A stretch of 63,957 nucleotides of DNA, filler included, from Vicugna vicugna (lineage: Eukaryota): the NCBI GenBank assembly GCA_013265495.1. It is 81 parts of 79 records of this genome, joined end to end, with 100 filler letters (N's around TTAATTAATTAA, not from the genome) between each part and the next. Parts side by side here need not be neighbours in the genome. Positions count along the whole stretch, not along the records: positions 63,255 to 63,655 come from MU061832.1; positions 63,756 to 63,957 come from PNXW01021629.1; 79 more parts are not named here. One strand, 5' to 3'. The first letter of the stretch is position 1; each line of letters starts with the position of its first letter. The notes beneath the pieces were generated by a model that saw only the letters and a list, made by a program, of their open reading frames with translations, was not told the origin of the DNA and searched no databases. The translations under genes and the position numbers were made by a program. Below, in pieces: positions 63,541-63,957 of the stretch.

Positions 63541-63755
63541 GTGCACTGAGTCACAGTCCTCTGAAGGGAGCTCCCTGGAGGGGGAGGCATCTCCTGCCGC
63601 TGGTCACCTCAGAAGGCACTGGATTCTCAAAAAGGAGGACCAGGAGAGGAGAAGGNNNNNNNNNNNNNNNNNNNNNNNNNNNNNNNNNNNNNNNNNNNNT
63701 TAATTAATTAANNNNNNNNNNNNNNNNNNNNNNNNNNNNNNNNNNNNNNNNNNNN

Positions 63756-63957
63756 AACGGAATGCCAAAGCACGTCTCCCTTGGAGGTTTTCCTAATTTC
63801 TCTGTTCCAGGGTATGCAAGGGGTGATTGCAGGTATCCCAGTGTCAGAGGCTGACTCACCAAGGTCAGGGAAGGTATTTCTCGGTCTTCCCCGAACAGGG
63901 AACACCTGTGACTGAAGAGAGCTGCGTGGAATTGTCTGTCGTGCTCCCCCACGCACT
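63756..63957. repeat. Satellite A (cut by window end)
   Basis: Family motifs. Confidence 0.95.

Overview
This window is not a contiguous locus. It is an artificial concatenation of 81 short unplaced mammalian scaffolds (about 0.2-1.3 kb each), joined by 80 identical 100-bp linkers (44 N + TTAATTAATTAA + 44 N, which puts stops in all six frames). Adjacency across linkers therefore has no biological meaning. The host is a eutherian mammal: L1, L2, MIR and MaLR fragments are present, and I recognised no Alu, BovA/BovB, PRE-1 or carnivore SINE. The style of the L1 3' ends suggests a cetartiodactyl, possibly a camelid (inference). Thirty-two scaffolds are satellite DNA in five families: A, a GC-rich 267-bp monomer (13 scaffolds); D, a diverged ~267-bp relative of A with an apparent 3-mer higher-order repeat (5); B, an AT-rich ~246-bp unit with an apparent 3-mer higher-order repeat (6); C, a 249-bp monomer that aligns with B (3); and E, a 7-bp (AGAATAT)n satellite (5). 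One scaffold (4044-5026) is a reciprocal chimera of plant-type 25S and mammalian 28S rDNA, most likely contamination plus misassembly. The gene-related signals are a CpG-island promoter/first exon with a perfect CRE (~27000-27419), a probable terminal coding exon (54899-54977, minus strand) and a CTCF-like site. There is no complete protein-coding gene, CRISPR array or prokaryotic system. The supplied ORFs are artefacts of N-runs, satellites, L1 relics or antisense rRNA. I found no convincing new biological system. The best leads are the satellite family relationships, two unexplained inverted repeats and an unidentified multi-copy element.
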